The notes under the pieces were generated by a model. The model was given only the letters and a program-made list of their open reading frames with translations, was not told the origin of the DNA and did not search any database. The translations under genes and the position numbers were made by a program. Shown in pieces: positions 11,010 through 23,869 of a stretch of 37,187 nt of DNA (position 1 is the first letter of the stretch; each line of letters starts with the position of its first letter). The DNA is taken from positions 23,162,451 to 23,199,637 of the forward strand of contig NC_068982.1 in assembly GCF_001194135.2 (NCBI RefSeq). Reading direction: 5' to 3'. Source of the DNA: Octopus bimaculoides (taxonomy: Eukaryota).

Positions 11010-11363
11010 GGAGGCGCAATGGCCCAGTGGCTAGGGCAGCGGACTCGCGGCCGTGGGATTGCGTTTTCTATTCCCAGACCGGGTGTTGTGAGTGTTTATT
11101 GAGCGAATATACCTAAAGCTCCACGAGGATCCGGCAGGGGATGGTGGCGAACCCTGCTGTACTCTTTCACCACAAATTTCTCTCACTCTTGCTTCCTGTT
11201 TCAATTGTACCTGTATTTCGAAGCGCCAATCTTGTCGCACACTTTGTCACGCTGAATCTCCTTGAAAACTACGTTAAGAGTACACGTGTATGTGTACAAG
11301 CAGGCTCTTCTGTTGATTGGATCAACTGGATGGAACCTTCTTCGTCGAAACCGACGGAGTGTC
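11010..11363 (+). mobile_element. SINE-C, tRNA-derived head type 1
   Basis: A box tggcccagtggctag 11020-11034; decayed B box 11063-11075; 3' part ttgtacctgtatttcgaa...gaatctccttgaaaact...caactggatggaacc...cgtcgaaaccgacggagt with terminal mini-hairpin cgtcg-aaac-cgacg, shared with 36785-36965. Confidence 0.85.
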
Positions 11364-11493
11364 GCGACACACATATCTACAAGCGTATCTCAATAGGCAT
11401 TGGGATGTTGGGCTCAATATCATTAGGTTATAAGTTCGATTTCTTGTCTGTACTGTATGCAAGAACAGGAGACTTCAGCTTTCGTTCTTTTAG

Positions 11494-11686
11494 CCAACTC
11501 CACTCAAATGAATACCAGCTGACTACTGGTACATCAAACCCTCTTTCCACCAGTCACATTCGAAATTTGTTGAACGTCTCAAGACTGAAAAGACAAAGAG
11601 ACGCTATCCCTATCTACACGCAACTACTTTGTCAAATAAAACAATTAGCAAAAGCATGGTACAAATCTCTACTCGCTTGCCGAGTG
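11494..11686 (+). CDS. Candidate 193-nt coding exon, unknown protein with an RxKR motif
   Basis: ctttcgttcttttag|...GAGTG|gtatgt; 1 nt + 64 stop-free codons: QLHSNEYQLTTGTSNPLSTSHIRNLLNVSRLKRQRDAIPIYTQLLCQIKQLAKAWYKSLLACRV. Non-repetitive sequence; no family recognised. Confidence 0.35.
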
Positions 11687-13295
11687 GTATGTGTGAGTGT
11701 GTGTGTGTGTGTGTGTGCGTGCGTACGTGCGTGCATGTGTTTCATATGCGTATGTGTGTGTGCGTGTGTATTTAAGTATACACACGTAATTATTTCACAA
11801 ACATTGAGAAATTTTCTTACTGTATTTCTCAATTTTATATATATTCACACATGCTCGCATGTACAAACATTGCAGTTGCGTTAAGGGTATCTGTTTAAAA
11901 CGAAAACTAAGAAGATATTTATATGCCTGTCTGTACAGTGATGGTTGATAATATGCAGATATATATATTCAAGTAGTGGAATACTTTTAAACAAAACTCT
12001 GAAAAAGTAACCATTAATCAATTTATTTATCAAACGAATCCTTTTCGAAGTATTCGATATATCTACAACTTGGTTAAAGTACACGATTTTGTCATAGTTT
12101 GTAAGCAGTACCTGTACAGAAAGTTAATATTGGTTCTCACTTTCAGCTAAAACTTAACTAATCCAGTCGATCACAATTGTCCTGGCCATGAAGATATTTT
12201 ATATACTGACAAAGTATTTATATCTGTCCATACGTACTGTAATGGGTTAAAAGAACAATACTGCATTTCAAACTGTCTGCCAGTATACATGACTATAGAG
12301 ATATGTACACTTACATATAAAAAAAATATGCATTTATTTATTCGTAAACGCATTCGTACACAGGAATAAGAGGACACACAGACTAAAACACACAAACACT
12401 GCATATGCACAGACTGTCTCCTGGACGAAAAAAAACAACAACATAGAATAAGATATAGCTTGAAACAATTCAAAGCATATAGAAAAATGGTTAAAAACAA
12501 GAACAGACAACATTATGAAAAGAACAACATGAACATCAACAACCATCTAGAATTTCCTTTATCTTGTAATCTCTTACTTCACATCTACGATGGCATATGT
12601 TAAGTCTGAACCAATAAACTGGCTATATATTTTCGGCCAAGAGCTGTAGTAAATATGGTGTATCTGTATTAAGTACACTCAAATGATGTTCACTGCGGTT
12701 CTTAGTAAATGTGCCATTATCTCATAATCATTCTCATACAGGTAGCATGAGCAATACACACTCCTGTGTCATGCACTTTTATTACCTATTACTTTCACAT
12801 CACACTTGCCTTGCATCTTACAACCTGCTCTTTATCTCATACTTCGTATTTACTTCCTCTCGTAGGAAATTAACTGAAATATATTGCTTAGTGAAGAACT
12901 TTGTATTACGTTTAATGTTTCCACTTGGTAATAACCAGCAATTCTGTACTAAAGCCTCACTACACATGTAATATATACATGCGTATATATATTCACTCAT
13001 GCACATGCACGCATACTCATACACATGCGCATACGTGTACACACACGTTCACTCACACACACATACATACATACATATTAATGTGGGGGGAAATATGCAA
13101 GTTCTCCACTCAGAAAGGAGACAATATACGAATGCTGATTCAAAATTCTTTTCTTTAGTTTAAATTTGTCAGCAAGTTCGAAGTTTATCTGCTTCCGGTT
13201 AGTCAAAGTGTAGTATAGAATTATTTGAAAATGACCTATGTATTAAATGGAGGGAAACTATTTTAAGAGAGTAAACGCTATAATGAGCTGAGTAA

Positions 13296-13441
13296 AGGCG
13301 TAGGTATGTATGTATGGTAAGAAGCTTGCTTTCGAACCGTACGGTTCCGGGTTCAGTCCCATTGCTTAGCAACTTGAGCAAGTGCCCGCCTACTATAAAC
13401 CTCAGGCAGACCAAACTGTTGTCAATGAAAGAAGCCCGTCG
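13296..13441 (+). mobile_element. SINE-B head + CORE-like domain (internal deletion)
   Basis: aggcgtagg...ggtaagaagcttgct...gggttcagtcccattgc...cttgagcaagtg...gaaagaagcccgtcg, followed by the family's TA/TG tract. Confidence 0.85.
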
Positions 13442-13473
13442 TGTGTGTATATACATATATATATATTTATGTA

Positions 13474-13512
<39 letters not shown>

Positions 13513-13574
13513 AGAATGAGGAGAATGAAAAATTTCAACAAACTCAATGTTTATTTCCAGTTAGTGAATTCATA

Positions 13575-13620
<46 letters not shown>

Positions 13621-13720
13621 NNNNNNNNNNNNNNNNNNNNNNNNNNNNNNNNNNNNNNNNNNNNNNNNNNNNNNNNNNNNNNNNNNNNNNNNNNNNNNNN
13701 NNNNNNNNNNNNNNNNNNNN

Positions 13721-13804
13721 GTGTGCGCGTGCGTGTGCGCGTGCGTGTGCGCGTGCGTGTGCGCGTGCGTGTGCGCGTGCGTGTGCGCGTGCGTGTGCGC
13801 GTGC
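13721..13804. repeat. Perfect 12-bp tandem repeat (GTGTGCGCGTGC)x7
   Basis: Seven exact units directly after a gap; strict purine/pyrimidine alternation. Confidence 0.95.
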
Positions 13805-14099
13805 GTGTGTGTGTGTGTTAACGCGCGTGTTTATGTGTGTGCTGGTGATTGAACGTATATTCACATATCATTTGTAGTTTTTCTCTCATCTATAACTAAA
13901 TCATTCGTTGAAAGCAAACCGATCATATCAAGTTAGAGGATAAGTTAGAGGGAAACAAAAGCATGTAAATGAGATCATTCGAATTATCGTATGTATTAGA
14001 TAGTGTTTAGTGATATAAATTATGTAAAGGTTTAAAAGAACGATTGAGAATATTCGTGATAGGTTAATTTTATTTTTGGACAATAAATGGAAGGTAGCG

Positions 14100-15200
14100 G
14101 TGGACGTGTGGTAGTTTGATAATTCCGCCAAGTCTAGAACGCTGATTACATTTATACAACGTTAATCAATACTCTTCACAGGTAAATATTTGTTCTTTTA
14201 CAATGCCGCTTATAAAACATTTGAGAGTGTAATATGTTATCAGCTGGACCAAGTGTCTCTATCAGTATATATGTTTCAATCTTAATGTACATTCCTCATT
14301 TGTTTAAAGCTGATTATATAAAAGGAAGTAACCTTCTATTTAGAAACTTTAAGCTCCGGGACACATAACGGTCGCATAAAGTGTTATATACGTATTTATA
14401 TCAGTCTTAACCGTCATATTAAAATAGTTAACGTTTTAGGTGTTATTTTGAACCTTACTAATAATACCAAACATTGGAAAAAAATCCTAACGAAAATTAA
14501 TCATATAAACTAACTGATTGTCGAAACATCGAACAAATTTATTCTCTGTAAATTTGTAAAAACTTATTTCTTAGAATAATTTTCCGGTTTTCTAATTGTG
14601 AAATTTTTAGTAATTCTGCAATGCATGGCAATGGTACAATTGATAAGAGTGGAGCTAAAATGAATATCATATTTGTAATCCAAACATCATGAATTCCAGT
14701 AATCCAAACATCTTGAATAAAGCCTTTCGTCTGGTATAATCATCTGTTCAATATTCTGTAGCCAGTGTCAGAGCTACTTTGTTTACAAATATTTCGTTTA
14801 CTTCACAAACGCAATAAATTTAGAAACATTCGTACCGCCTTAAAGAAAAAACAGCATTTAACTTTGACATAATCAGTGTAACGTTATTCGTAGCCATCAT
14901 TGATAAAATATATATTTATACCAGCAAAATCTCAGCTCTTAACCTTAAAAAGTAACTGTTCCATTCCTAATAACGTCCCTGTTCAGAGACAATGATTAAC
15001 CAAAGAATCTCTTACCCACCACCTCTGCAATTACATCGAGCAAAAATCTAGAGTTATTCAACACAAATCTAACTTTTGAAAACCAAAATTTATTTTAAAA
15101 ATCCACCAAAATGTTATCTTCATTAATATGGAGCATGAAAAACTATTAAGCAGTTAAATTAAAATTCAGGTCTTATATATAAATGTGGATACAGACCATA
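14100..15200 (+). mobile_element. Decayed Penelope-like element (RT C-terminus + GIY-YIG region)
   Basis: KIVNVLGVILNLTNNT at 14421-14468 (cf. K.VNFLDVTFNL), SNCEIFSNSA...KSG, VWYNHLF, NCSIPNNVPVQRQ*LTK (cf. CNCR...CPL.G.CLT), STKMLSSLIWSMK at 15102-15140 (cf. ST.LSKYIW.LK), in the expected order. Many stops and frameshifts; 24-bp local duplication at 14675-14718. Confidence 0.62.
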
Positions 15201-15750
15201 AAATTAATGAGATTTCCAAACATAGACTTTCTAAGTATTTAGCTAACAAGCACGTGCGTTTTAAATATTTCTCGCGAAAACATTTGTATCAGTTTTATAT
15301 TATTTCAACTTTAACTTTACCCTATATATTTATTTTCTTTAAAATTTACCTCGGCGTAATTCTTTCTTTTTCTCTCAACAGCCTCTCTTTGGTGTGTATT
15401 TGAGTTGTAGTAAGTTAATACTACCAAAAGATTATGTCGGACTGCCTGTATGTTGTTGATTACTCTTGAAATGGGATTTTGGTCGTCGTGCCAGTATTAA
15501 TTTGGAATTGAATTCAGATGAATTTTTGAAAAGGTTTAATTATGAATAGAATACAGAAAAAAATTCACCTATTGGAGAATGCATGACTTGATAATTATCA
15601 TTTTACATCTATATCGATAGATCATTTATATTGAGTGTAGATATCTGAGTGTGAACATATAGGTGGTGCTTTGCAGATAGGTGTCTATGTATTTGTGGGT
15701 GTAGAAGTATTTTGGGAAAAGTACATACTTCAATATTACGTACAGTAATC

Positions 15751-15966
15751 AGGCGGCGAGTTGGCACAAGCGTTAGCACACCAGGCAAAATATTTTGAGG
15801 CATTCCGTCTGTCTTGACCTCATGAGTTCAAATTCTACCGAAGTCGACTTCGCCTTTTAACCTTCCGAGGTCGATAAATTATATACGAGTTAAACACCTG
15901 GGTGTGATCAAATCCACACACCCTCAACATAACTGCTGGCCCTGTGCCAAAATTTAAAACGAAGAT
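15751..15966 (+). mobile_element. SINE-A, tail type 3
   Basis: aggcggcgagttggcacaagcgttagcac...gagttcaaattctaccgaagtcgacttcgcc...gtcgataaatt...gctggccctgtgccaaaatttaaaac. Confidence 0.9.
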
Positions 15967-17091
15967 TAAGCATGGCAATTTTAGAATATTTAGATGTTTA
16001 GGATAACCTATAGCTTTGACGTATTGAATCATATTAGTTGCTGGTTGTGGTGAAATATACTGATGTATATTGACTAGTGTGCCTTTTGGCAGTTTGTTAG
16101 AAAGAACATAATTACACATTGTCTCCCACACGAATGCCCCAAAATCGTTGGCTCAATACGAAATGAATCAAAATATCTTTATCTTTCATTAGCTTTATTT
16201 CGTAAAAAAGAAAACTGCCTCCACTTCAACATTCCGTCCTTCATAACGGATATATATTCCAGAGTCCAGAGCTTTCCTTCGCTAATACTCTATTCTAAAG
16301 CTCACTGAACTATTTTTCCTGCATCTTGAAAATTCTCCATAATACCCTTTATTTTGTATATCATTTTATTATTTCACTCCCATTATTTTAAGAGTTCTCT
16401 TTACTCTCTTACGTATCACATAGATACGACAATTTGCTTGTATATACTGGCAACATATGCTTTCAGAGTTATTGTATAATTTTGCCTGAGAGAATGCGGC
16501 AATAATTATACGTATGGATTGTAAGAATATAATCGCATTACCTCATTACTACTTTGTGCACAGACATGGCCTGCTGCAACTTGAAATTATCTCTGTTTTG
16601 CTTATCATGCCTGCTTGTATACCTTCAGGCCTCTCAAGAATTTTCATGTTTCGCTAACTTTGATTGGTTTTGATTCTGTTTTACAATTTTTTTTTTTTTA
16701 TCTCAGGCGCTACTGATAATTTCCAACTTCAACTTCTATTTTTCTTTTTATATTTTCATTCTTCTGCAACCCAGACACCAGAAAATCAAACATCCAATTT
16801 ACGCACATTCGTATCAAATTATTTTCTCTTAAGTTGATACGTAAACACCGAGCTAATAATTCAATATTAGAGTTTGCTAAACTAGTATCAATGTATATCA
16901 GTCGTCACTGTCAGCTAAAATATTAAAGATAATTAGGAATATATAAATGGATACTAAAACACAAACTTATAGACATGTTATATATATATACAATATATTC
17001 GTGTGTGCCTGCGCGAACGTGTGCGTATATGAATATAGGCAAACATATACTTACATATATATNNNNNNNNNNNNNNNNNNNNNNNNNNNNN

Positions 17092-17133
<42 letters not shown>

Positions 17134-17472
17134 TGTGTGTGTATGCAAACCCGTATATATGTATGCATTAATGGTACCTTTAATATCCTGCTGTTCACAG
17201 GAGAAATTTTCTTCTGTGCATTTTGCCTTTTAGAAGAACGTGTGCGTTCATGCGAGTGGCTATCACGCAAATATCATGTCAACAAACTGAATAATGTACA
17301 ACATTTTAAATGTCTATTACTTGAAATTTTACAATGCAATTAAACGTTTACCTTTCCCAGTTAGAAAACAAAATTTCAGTTTTACACTTGAAATATTTGT
17401 GTTCACCATGTCTAATGCATTTTGTGCACGTGAAAATGTTAATGTGAACATTGGTACGTATGTATTTATAAG

Positions 17473-17540
<68 letters not shown>

Positions 17541-17690
17541 TATGGGTATACATATGTATATATGGATGCATGCATGCCACACACGTAGTCATCCACACAC
17601 AGGGACACAGCCCCACACATACAGTTTGATAGGTGGCAACGCGCAAAACTCTCGCCCTTTCAGTCACTCTGTTGTTTCTGCTACATATTG

Positions 17691-17880
17691 CTTTCAAATT
17701 TTGCTACAGGGCCAACAAATTTAGGGGAAGGGTTAACTTACTTACATGGACAGCAGTATTCAACTGTACTTATTTTATCGACAGAAAAAGGATGAAAGGA
17801 AAAAGTAGACCTCGGCAGAGAGTTTAAGGACGGACGAAATGCGCAGCATTTTCCCCGGCATGCTAACGATACGTCCGCAT
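17691..17880 (-). mobile_element. SINE-A, tail type 3, diverged
   Basis: tttcaaattttgctacagggcc...ttttatcgacagaaaaaggatgaaagg...gacctcggcag...gacgaaatgcgcagcatttt...catgctaacgat. Confidence 0.8.
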
Positions 17881-17886
17881 GTATTA

Positions 17887-17992
17887 ATACATACATCCAT
17901 ACATACATAAATACATACATACATTCATACATACATACATTCATACATACATTCATACATACATTCATACATACATACATACATACATATAT
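17887..17992. repeat. (CATA)n with periodic CATT variants
   Basis: Tetranucleotide array directly 5' of the Hero-like element. Confidence 0.95.
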
Positions 17993-17994
17993 AC

Positions 17995-19920
17995 GAAGAA
18001 ACTTGTTCTAAATTTGCAAAGAAGAGTCACTTTGGACGAAAGTTGAGTGAGAGAGATGTTGGCAAAGAAAGGAAGAGCTGGACAATAGAGTAGCAGCAAC
18101 GCCCTTCGATCCGAGAGGTAATATTCCGCTGATAGGTAGTCTTCTCTCTTTGAGAAGGTAGTGAGGGCAGACGTGGCAAACGCTCTTGCAGGATCTGCTC
18201 GAGGACCATGTGGTATCACATGTATAATATGCAAAAACTACCCGCTTTTATATTTGATCTGGATGAAGAAGCAGGAATCTGGGCTCTGAATACATGTTGG
18301 GAGCTGTTTTGTCCTCGAAAAGGTAATCTCCGCCAGACTTGAGAGAGAAGTGTCTCTTTAATCATGGGGAAGTGTCTTTCGTCCATCATTGCCAAAGCAT
18401 TAACGATATATCGATAGGCCAATGAATGTATCGACACGATTACTCTAAAATGGGGTGTCAGAAGCTATTTTGAATTCGTTTAACACAAATCAGCATTAAG
18501 CCACGTCATCAAGGTGACAAAGAGGAACAACAACTCTCTTTCTCTCATCGGTTGGTTAGATGTGAAGTGTGCTCCAACAGCATATCTAGAGTACATACAA
18601 TGGATTGCTACCAAGTACCAAAATTAGTACTCATAAAGTCGCTAATAGATTTCCCGAAGATGAGGACCAACGTGAGATATTTCACCACCAAATGACAGAA
18701 GATGGTAAAGGATACTATGGCAATACGCATGATATCAGTGGGCCTATTCGTAGCGGCCATTAATCTACTGCTAAAGATAGGAAGAAAACAGTCGGGAGGA
18801 ACAGACCTATGACAACACAAGGTATCCTGATTGCAGGGCCAAAATGGATGGCATAAGTTTCTTGACCTCATCACTCTAAGTAAGTCTGGTAAAGATGGCT
18901 GCATATTCACTTATCATGTAGAATCTTGGAGCCAGAGTATTTTCAAAAGAACGTTGACATGTGACATTAGCATACAGCTTGAGATTCCAACAATTCTAAA
19001 CGAAAAAAAGAAGATTTACGTCTCGGAAAAATTGTGATTGAACCCCTAAGGAGAATGGTAAAATCAAAGATACCACACTGCAACTAAACAAACTGGCTGA
19101 GGGCTGTTGATAAAAGCCAGTTACTTGGAAGGAGTGATCAATATGTGTTGGGTGACGTCAAAGCTACAAAGGCAAGAGAAATCAGTATAGTGCTTCTGAG
19201 GATGAGAAAATCAGACATACAAACAAGGCCATAAAATACGGCAAAAGGTGGGTGCCTCAGGAAGATGTGGAGGAAGCAGAGAGATACTAGATGCAACAAG
19301 ATATTGCTGCAATAGCTTGCCAAGGATGGCTAAGACTTAGCATTAAGAGTGCCAAGAGCTATCTTCCTAAGAAGAAAACTATATTTGCGTACTAGTTTTC
19401 TATTTTGCATTTAGCCTCAGACTGAGATGCATATTGATCTGAAGGGTAGACTCGTTTTAAAAGAAGCGATAACAGTAACATCACTTCGACCAGACAAGTT
19501 GCTGCAATCAAGGAGTCGAAAAGCAGTTATCGCAGTTGTACTTCCACTGCCCTAACAGAATAGACTCGTCTTTTCTCACCAGAAGAAGAAAACTAAATAT
19601 GAAGACTTTGTTGACGAGGAAGTTGTCAATGGATGGCATATGGTCTCATTTTCTATCGAAGTCGGTTTCCCAGCTAGGTGGCTGTGTTATTCCCTGGAGA
19701 TGATTTGGTTTAGAAGCAGACAACTTACGAAAGCTACCAAAAAGACAGGCATGGAAGCTAAACCAGATTTAGGTGTTTGTAGTTGTCAAGAAACAAATAG
19801 AACCCTTCGACAAAAAAGAAAAGAGTATAATTAATAGTAAATTCATCCCTCAGAATAAGTGTGCAGGCCAACGGACGAAGCGCTTGTGACCCTGAGAATA
19901 CTGATGATGATATGAAAGGA
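17995..19920 (+). mobile_element. Decayed Hero-type RLE non-LTR retrotransposon (RT + RLE), 5'-truncated, probably internally deleted
   Basis: SARGPCGITCIICKNYPLL from 18194 (cf. SAPGPSGIPY.VYK.CP), GWLDVKCA (cf. WLDL.NA), ISVGLFVAAINLLL from 18732, RAKMDG 18835-52 (cf. RAFMDD), DLKGRLVLKEAITVTSLRPD (PD 19490-95), KKKTKYEDFV..GW...FSIEVG ~19580-19666. These match my recollection of Hero-clade ORFs. Confidence 0.8.
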
Positions 19921-20233
19921 CCTTTCACATTGCGATAGTCCCGGAAGCACTTCTATCTCTGAGTAGCTCCAGCAATTTCTGCATGAGGTAGGAATTTGTT
20001 ATATTTATTTCAACTATGTGCGTATGTATGAATCTGTGTGTGTTTGTGTGTGCATGTATGTGTGTGCGCATCTGTATGTATGTCTGTGTGTCTTCGTGTA
20101 TATATGTGTATGTGTGCGTGTGCGTACATTTCTGCTATAGACTAGGATATTATTTCAAAACACACCGATCTGGATTCTTTCAAACAATTGCCAGATAACA
20201 TTACATCAGATATTTCATACATCAATCACCGTT

Positions 20234-20300
20234 ATGTCAACCAATATCTGTCAATCAAAATGTCAACCAAAATGTCAAACAATATGTCAACCAATACCTG
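20234..20300. repeat. Imperfect 12-bp minisatellite (ATGTCAACCAAW) x ~5-6
   Basis: atgtcaaccaat / atctgtcaatcaaa / atgtcaaccaaa / atgtcaaacaat / atgtcaaccaat. Confidence 0.8.
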
Positions 20301-20878
20301 TAACAAGCCTGTTTGTTTAAGTCGCACTGTTCCGTTGAGAGAGAATTCAAGAAATGAGAAGGAGTAGAAATGGAAGCAACAATGACGTAGTTTAAATAAT
20401 GGCTGTAAAACTATATAATATTATAACAAAGAAATATAATATCTAATAGAAATGGCTTTTATTATATCGAATAGCCAGTAAATACTGAGAAAAGATTAAG
20501 TGACTCTTAGTTCGTAAAGAAATATACAAATTGGTATGAGATTCTGATAAATCGACAGATCGCGTAGTCTTGATAGAAAAAAATTAAGTGCTATGGTGAT
20601 GTGGTCCTACTATACATAGCGTGAAGGAGAAGGAACAGTGAGAACTAATATTGTGTTAAATAATACAAGTGTACGTGTGTGATAATTTGATATATATGTG
20701 TTTAATCAGGATGTGTTATAAATTTGCTGGATTTAAGTAGGTATTTCGCGAAGGCAATGAAGTCAATATATACGCATATGTATATTGAGCTACAGAATAT
20801 ATCCGTGTGTGTGTGTTTGTGACTGTATGACTGTATGACTATAAAAGCATCATACATTCAATTGCATACATACCTCAC

Positions 20879-20919
<41 letters not shown>

Positions 20920-21810
20920 CACAAGCACACACATATTTATTTATATACATGTATATATATACACGCGCACACATACACACACACACACATATACATATAT
21001 ATATATATACATATATATATATTTATATATATGGCTATAGATATAGATATGGTTGTATATTCTGTGATTATATATATTTAGCACTATTTGCAAAATGTAC
21101 AAAAATCATACAAGAATACAAGAAAAGTGTTAAAATTAAGACGGGAGAAGCAAACAATAAAAAAATTTCATTTTTCCTTAACTGCTCCTATTTCTGTTTT
21201 TCCTTCTTCTTTCCATGCATTTTTAGGGATTTTAAACACGTCATCATATCTTAATCGTTTGTTAAAAACTGCCTACTTGAGAGTTTTTGCTATAACTCTT
21301 AAACATGGTTTCCTGCACGGAAAAAAAAATTAAATATTTAAGATGATATTAAATAGATAAAATAAATTGCATAGATTTATTGCTAATAAAAAAAACACAA
21401 AATAAATATTTGAATGTTTAAAATTTCATGTAAATGGATAAAAATCAATAGAGATATTCAAAAATGTACAGAAGAAACAAGAAAAAACACCTCATAAATC
21501 ATTGATAAAATAAATAGAAACGAATGTTTTACAATCATCCTATACATAATAGTCGAAATGTACAACACATTAACGGATGTTTCGCTTTTTTCTGCTAATA
21601 TTTTATTCTTATTTTATACATCAGAGAGCTTCTGGCCAAATTAGCGAGCCAAACTTGATTTAGATTAAATATTTTAACTAAATAATTAATAATAGTCCAA
21701 ATGACGTTTCTTATTAGCTGTTTGCCCTCTTGAATGAACATTTCAATTAATTAAGAATCGAGAAATAGCGTTTAAATTAGAACAAATTGAAAATTATACA
21801 TACATACACA

Positions 21811-21842
<32 letters not shown>

Positions 21843-21852
21843 TATACATACA

Positions 21853-21900
<48 letters not shown>

Positions 21901-22169
21901 NNNNNNNNNNNNNNNNNNNNNNNNNNNNNNNNNNNNNNNNNNNNNNNNNNNNNNNNNNNNNNNNNNNNNNNNNNNNNNNNNNNNNNNNNNNNNNNNNNNN
22001 NNNNNNNNNNNNNNNNNNNNNNNNNNNNNNNNNNNNNNNNNNNNNNNNNNNNNNNNNNNNNNNNNNNNNNNNNNNNNNNNNNNNNNNNNNNNNNNNNNNN
22101 NNNNNGTGGTATTTAATTTTAATTAAGCAATAATAACAATAACAAAATCAATAGTAATGTGAACAACGA

Positions 22170-22170
<1 letters not shown>

Positions 22171-22253
<83 letters not shown>
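22171..22253. repeat. (ACT)n microsatellite
   Basis: ~27 perfect units. Confidence 0.98.
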
Positions 22254-22390
22254 CAGTAATAGTAGTAGCAAGAACGACTTCTCATAAAATCTATAACTAA
22301 AAGACATTAAAAATATGGACAGATAACAACAAGAACAACAACAAGAACAACAAAAACAACAATAATAATGATAATATTAATAATAATAAT

Positions 22391-23812
22391 AAAGTATATG
22401 CTTGCCAAGTGGTGAAATGATGAAGGCAATTCAACCTCAATCCAGCTATAAATATCTGGGAATATTTGAGGGGGAGGGAATCAAACAACAACATGAAAGT
22501 AAAGACAAGAGATTAGCTGCGGGGAGTGAGAAAAATATTGTCTTCAAAGCTGAATGCCAGAAACATAATTTCGGTAATAAACTCGCACGCAGTCGCAGTA
22601 GTTCGGTATAGCACTTGAATCCTGAAGTGGACAGAAGAGGAGCTAAAGGAGATGTACAGAAAGTCCAGAAAGCTTCTAACGATGTATGGAGCCCCGTTCA
22701 GACACTGATCCTCTATACGTTCCCGTGCGGACACTGAACCTATACATGAAGAAAGCAAATGGAGGAAGAGGACTGATAAGTGTAGAGGACTGACTGCATA
22801 TCGAACAAAGGAGCTTAATGAGATACCTAGCCCAAAGTAAGGAAACTTTGCTAGTGGCAGTTAGGAACGAGGGAGTATTGAAAACAGAGTAAAAAGACAT
22901 AGGAAGAAGCACCAAATGGACATGAAGTAACATATGAAAGAAGTGACTACACAATCAGTTCCATGTCACCGCAGTAAAAGTCGCAGGAAAAAATTGGTGG
23001 GAATGGCTGAGGGAACACTAAAAAAAAGGAACACTAAAAAAAATAAAAAGAGACCGCGAGCACTATATTGGCAGCGCAAGACCAAGCTTTGGCTAGAAAC
23101 TGGACGGTCAACCATAAGGAAGAGTAAGTGTCTCTGTTGTGTCGCACCTGCAATAGAGTGGATGAAACCTTTGCCGCCCATATCACGAACGATTGCCCTA
23201 GACTTGCTCAAAGCCACTACAAGTTGTGGAGACAGGATCAGGTAGCGCAAGTGCTACACTGGAAGCTGTGCGAAAAGTGGGGGCTAAAGACACGCAAGAT
23301 GTGGGACGAGCAGAAACTGCAGAGAGTGATAGAGTCGGAGACTAGCAAAATTCACTGGGATTTCCCAATCAAAACAAATCAGATGCGAGAGTATAACAGA
23401 CTGGAACGAGTGGCAGTGGTGGACAAGGTGGACAATATATGTTATACAGTTGATATTGCATGCCCCTTTGATCGACGAATAGTCAGGAAGGAAGGCGAAA
23501 GGATAAATACAACACTCTTAAGAAAGAGTCCGGCTATGGAAAATGAAGAAGGTGAAGATAGTGCTAATTATTTTTGGGTCCTTGGGAATAGTATCAGAAT
23601 GCTTCAAGAGGAATCTAAAGGAAATTGGAATAGAGTGTCCAGCAGGACTGTTAAAAAAATATTTGTCTCATGCACTCGACCAGAATAATCAGGAAAGTAT
23701 TAGATAGCTGAAAAGAACGGGTAGCAGGGTACCGTAGGTTGCAGGTAGCAAACTCGCTACGCATACAAGACTTCAGGAGCACCAACAAAAAACCTTTGAT
23801 AAAAAAAAAATC
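22391..23812 (+). mobile_element. R4/Dong-clade element, 5'-truncated: RT C-terminus, CCHC knuckle, RLE, 3'UTR (copy D)
   Basis: LPSGEMMKAIQPQSSYKYLG (YKYLG 22447-61), GGRGL 22761-75, CRTCNRVDETFAAHITNDC, RQDQVAQVLHWKLC, KIHWDF, VVDK...DIACPFD, RIIRKVLDS* (stop 23709-11). Frameshifted, catalytic PD lost. AAT repeats at both junctions. Confidence 0.93.
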
Positions 23813-23828
23813 AATAATAATAATAATA

Positions 23829-23869
<41 letters not shown>

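Noticed and set aside
11010-11085. tRNA genes (also SINE heads at 15751, 25014, 37033-37093)
   Set aside because: A/B boxes are present but there is no complete cloverleaf or acceptor stem, and each continues into a SINE body.
11141-11884. 247-aa ORF as a complete gene
   Set aside because: The first third is SINE-C and the end is TG microsatellite; only 11494-11686 is kept, as a candidate exon.
16566-16673. 35-aa signal-peptide-like ORF MACCNLKLSLFCLSCLLVYLQA...
   Set aside because: Too short, no canonical donor before the stop, and hydrophobic ORFs are common in T-rich DNA.
20316-20649. 14/18 inverted repeat (cactgttcc / ggaacagtg)
   Set aside because: Within chance expectation; no TSD or second copy.
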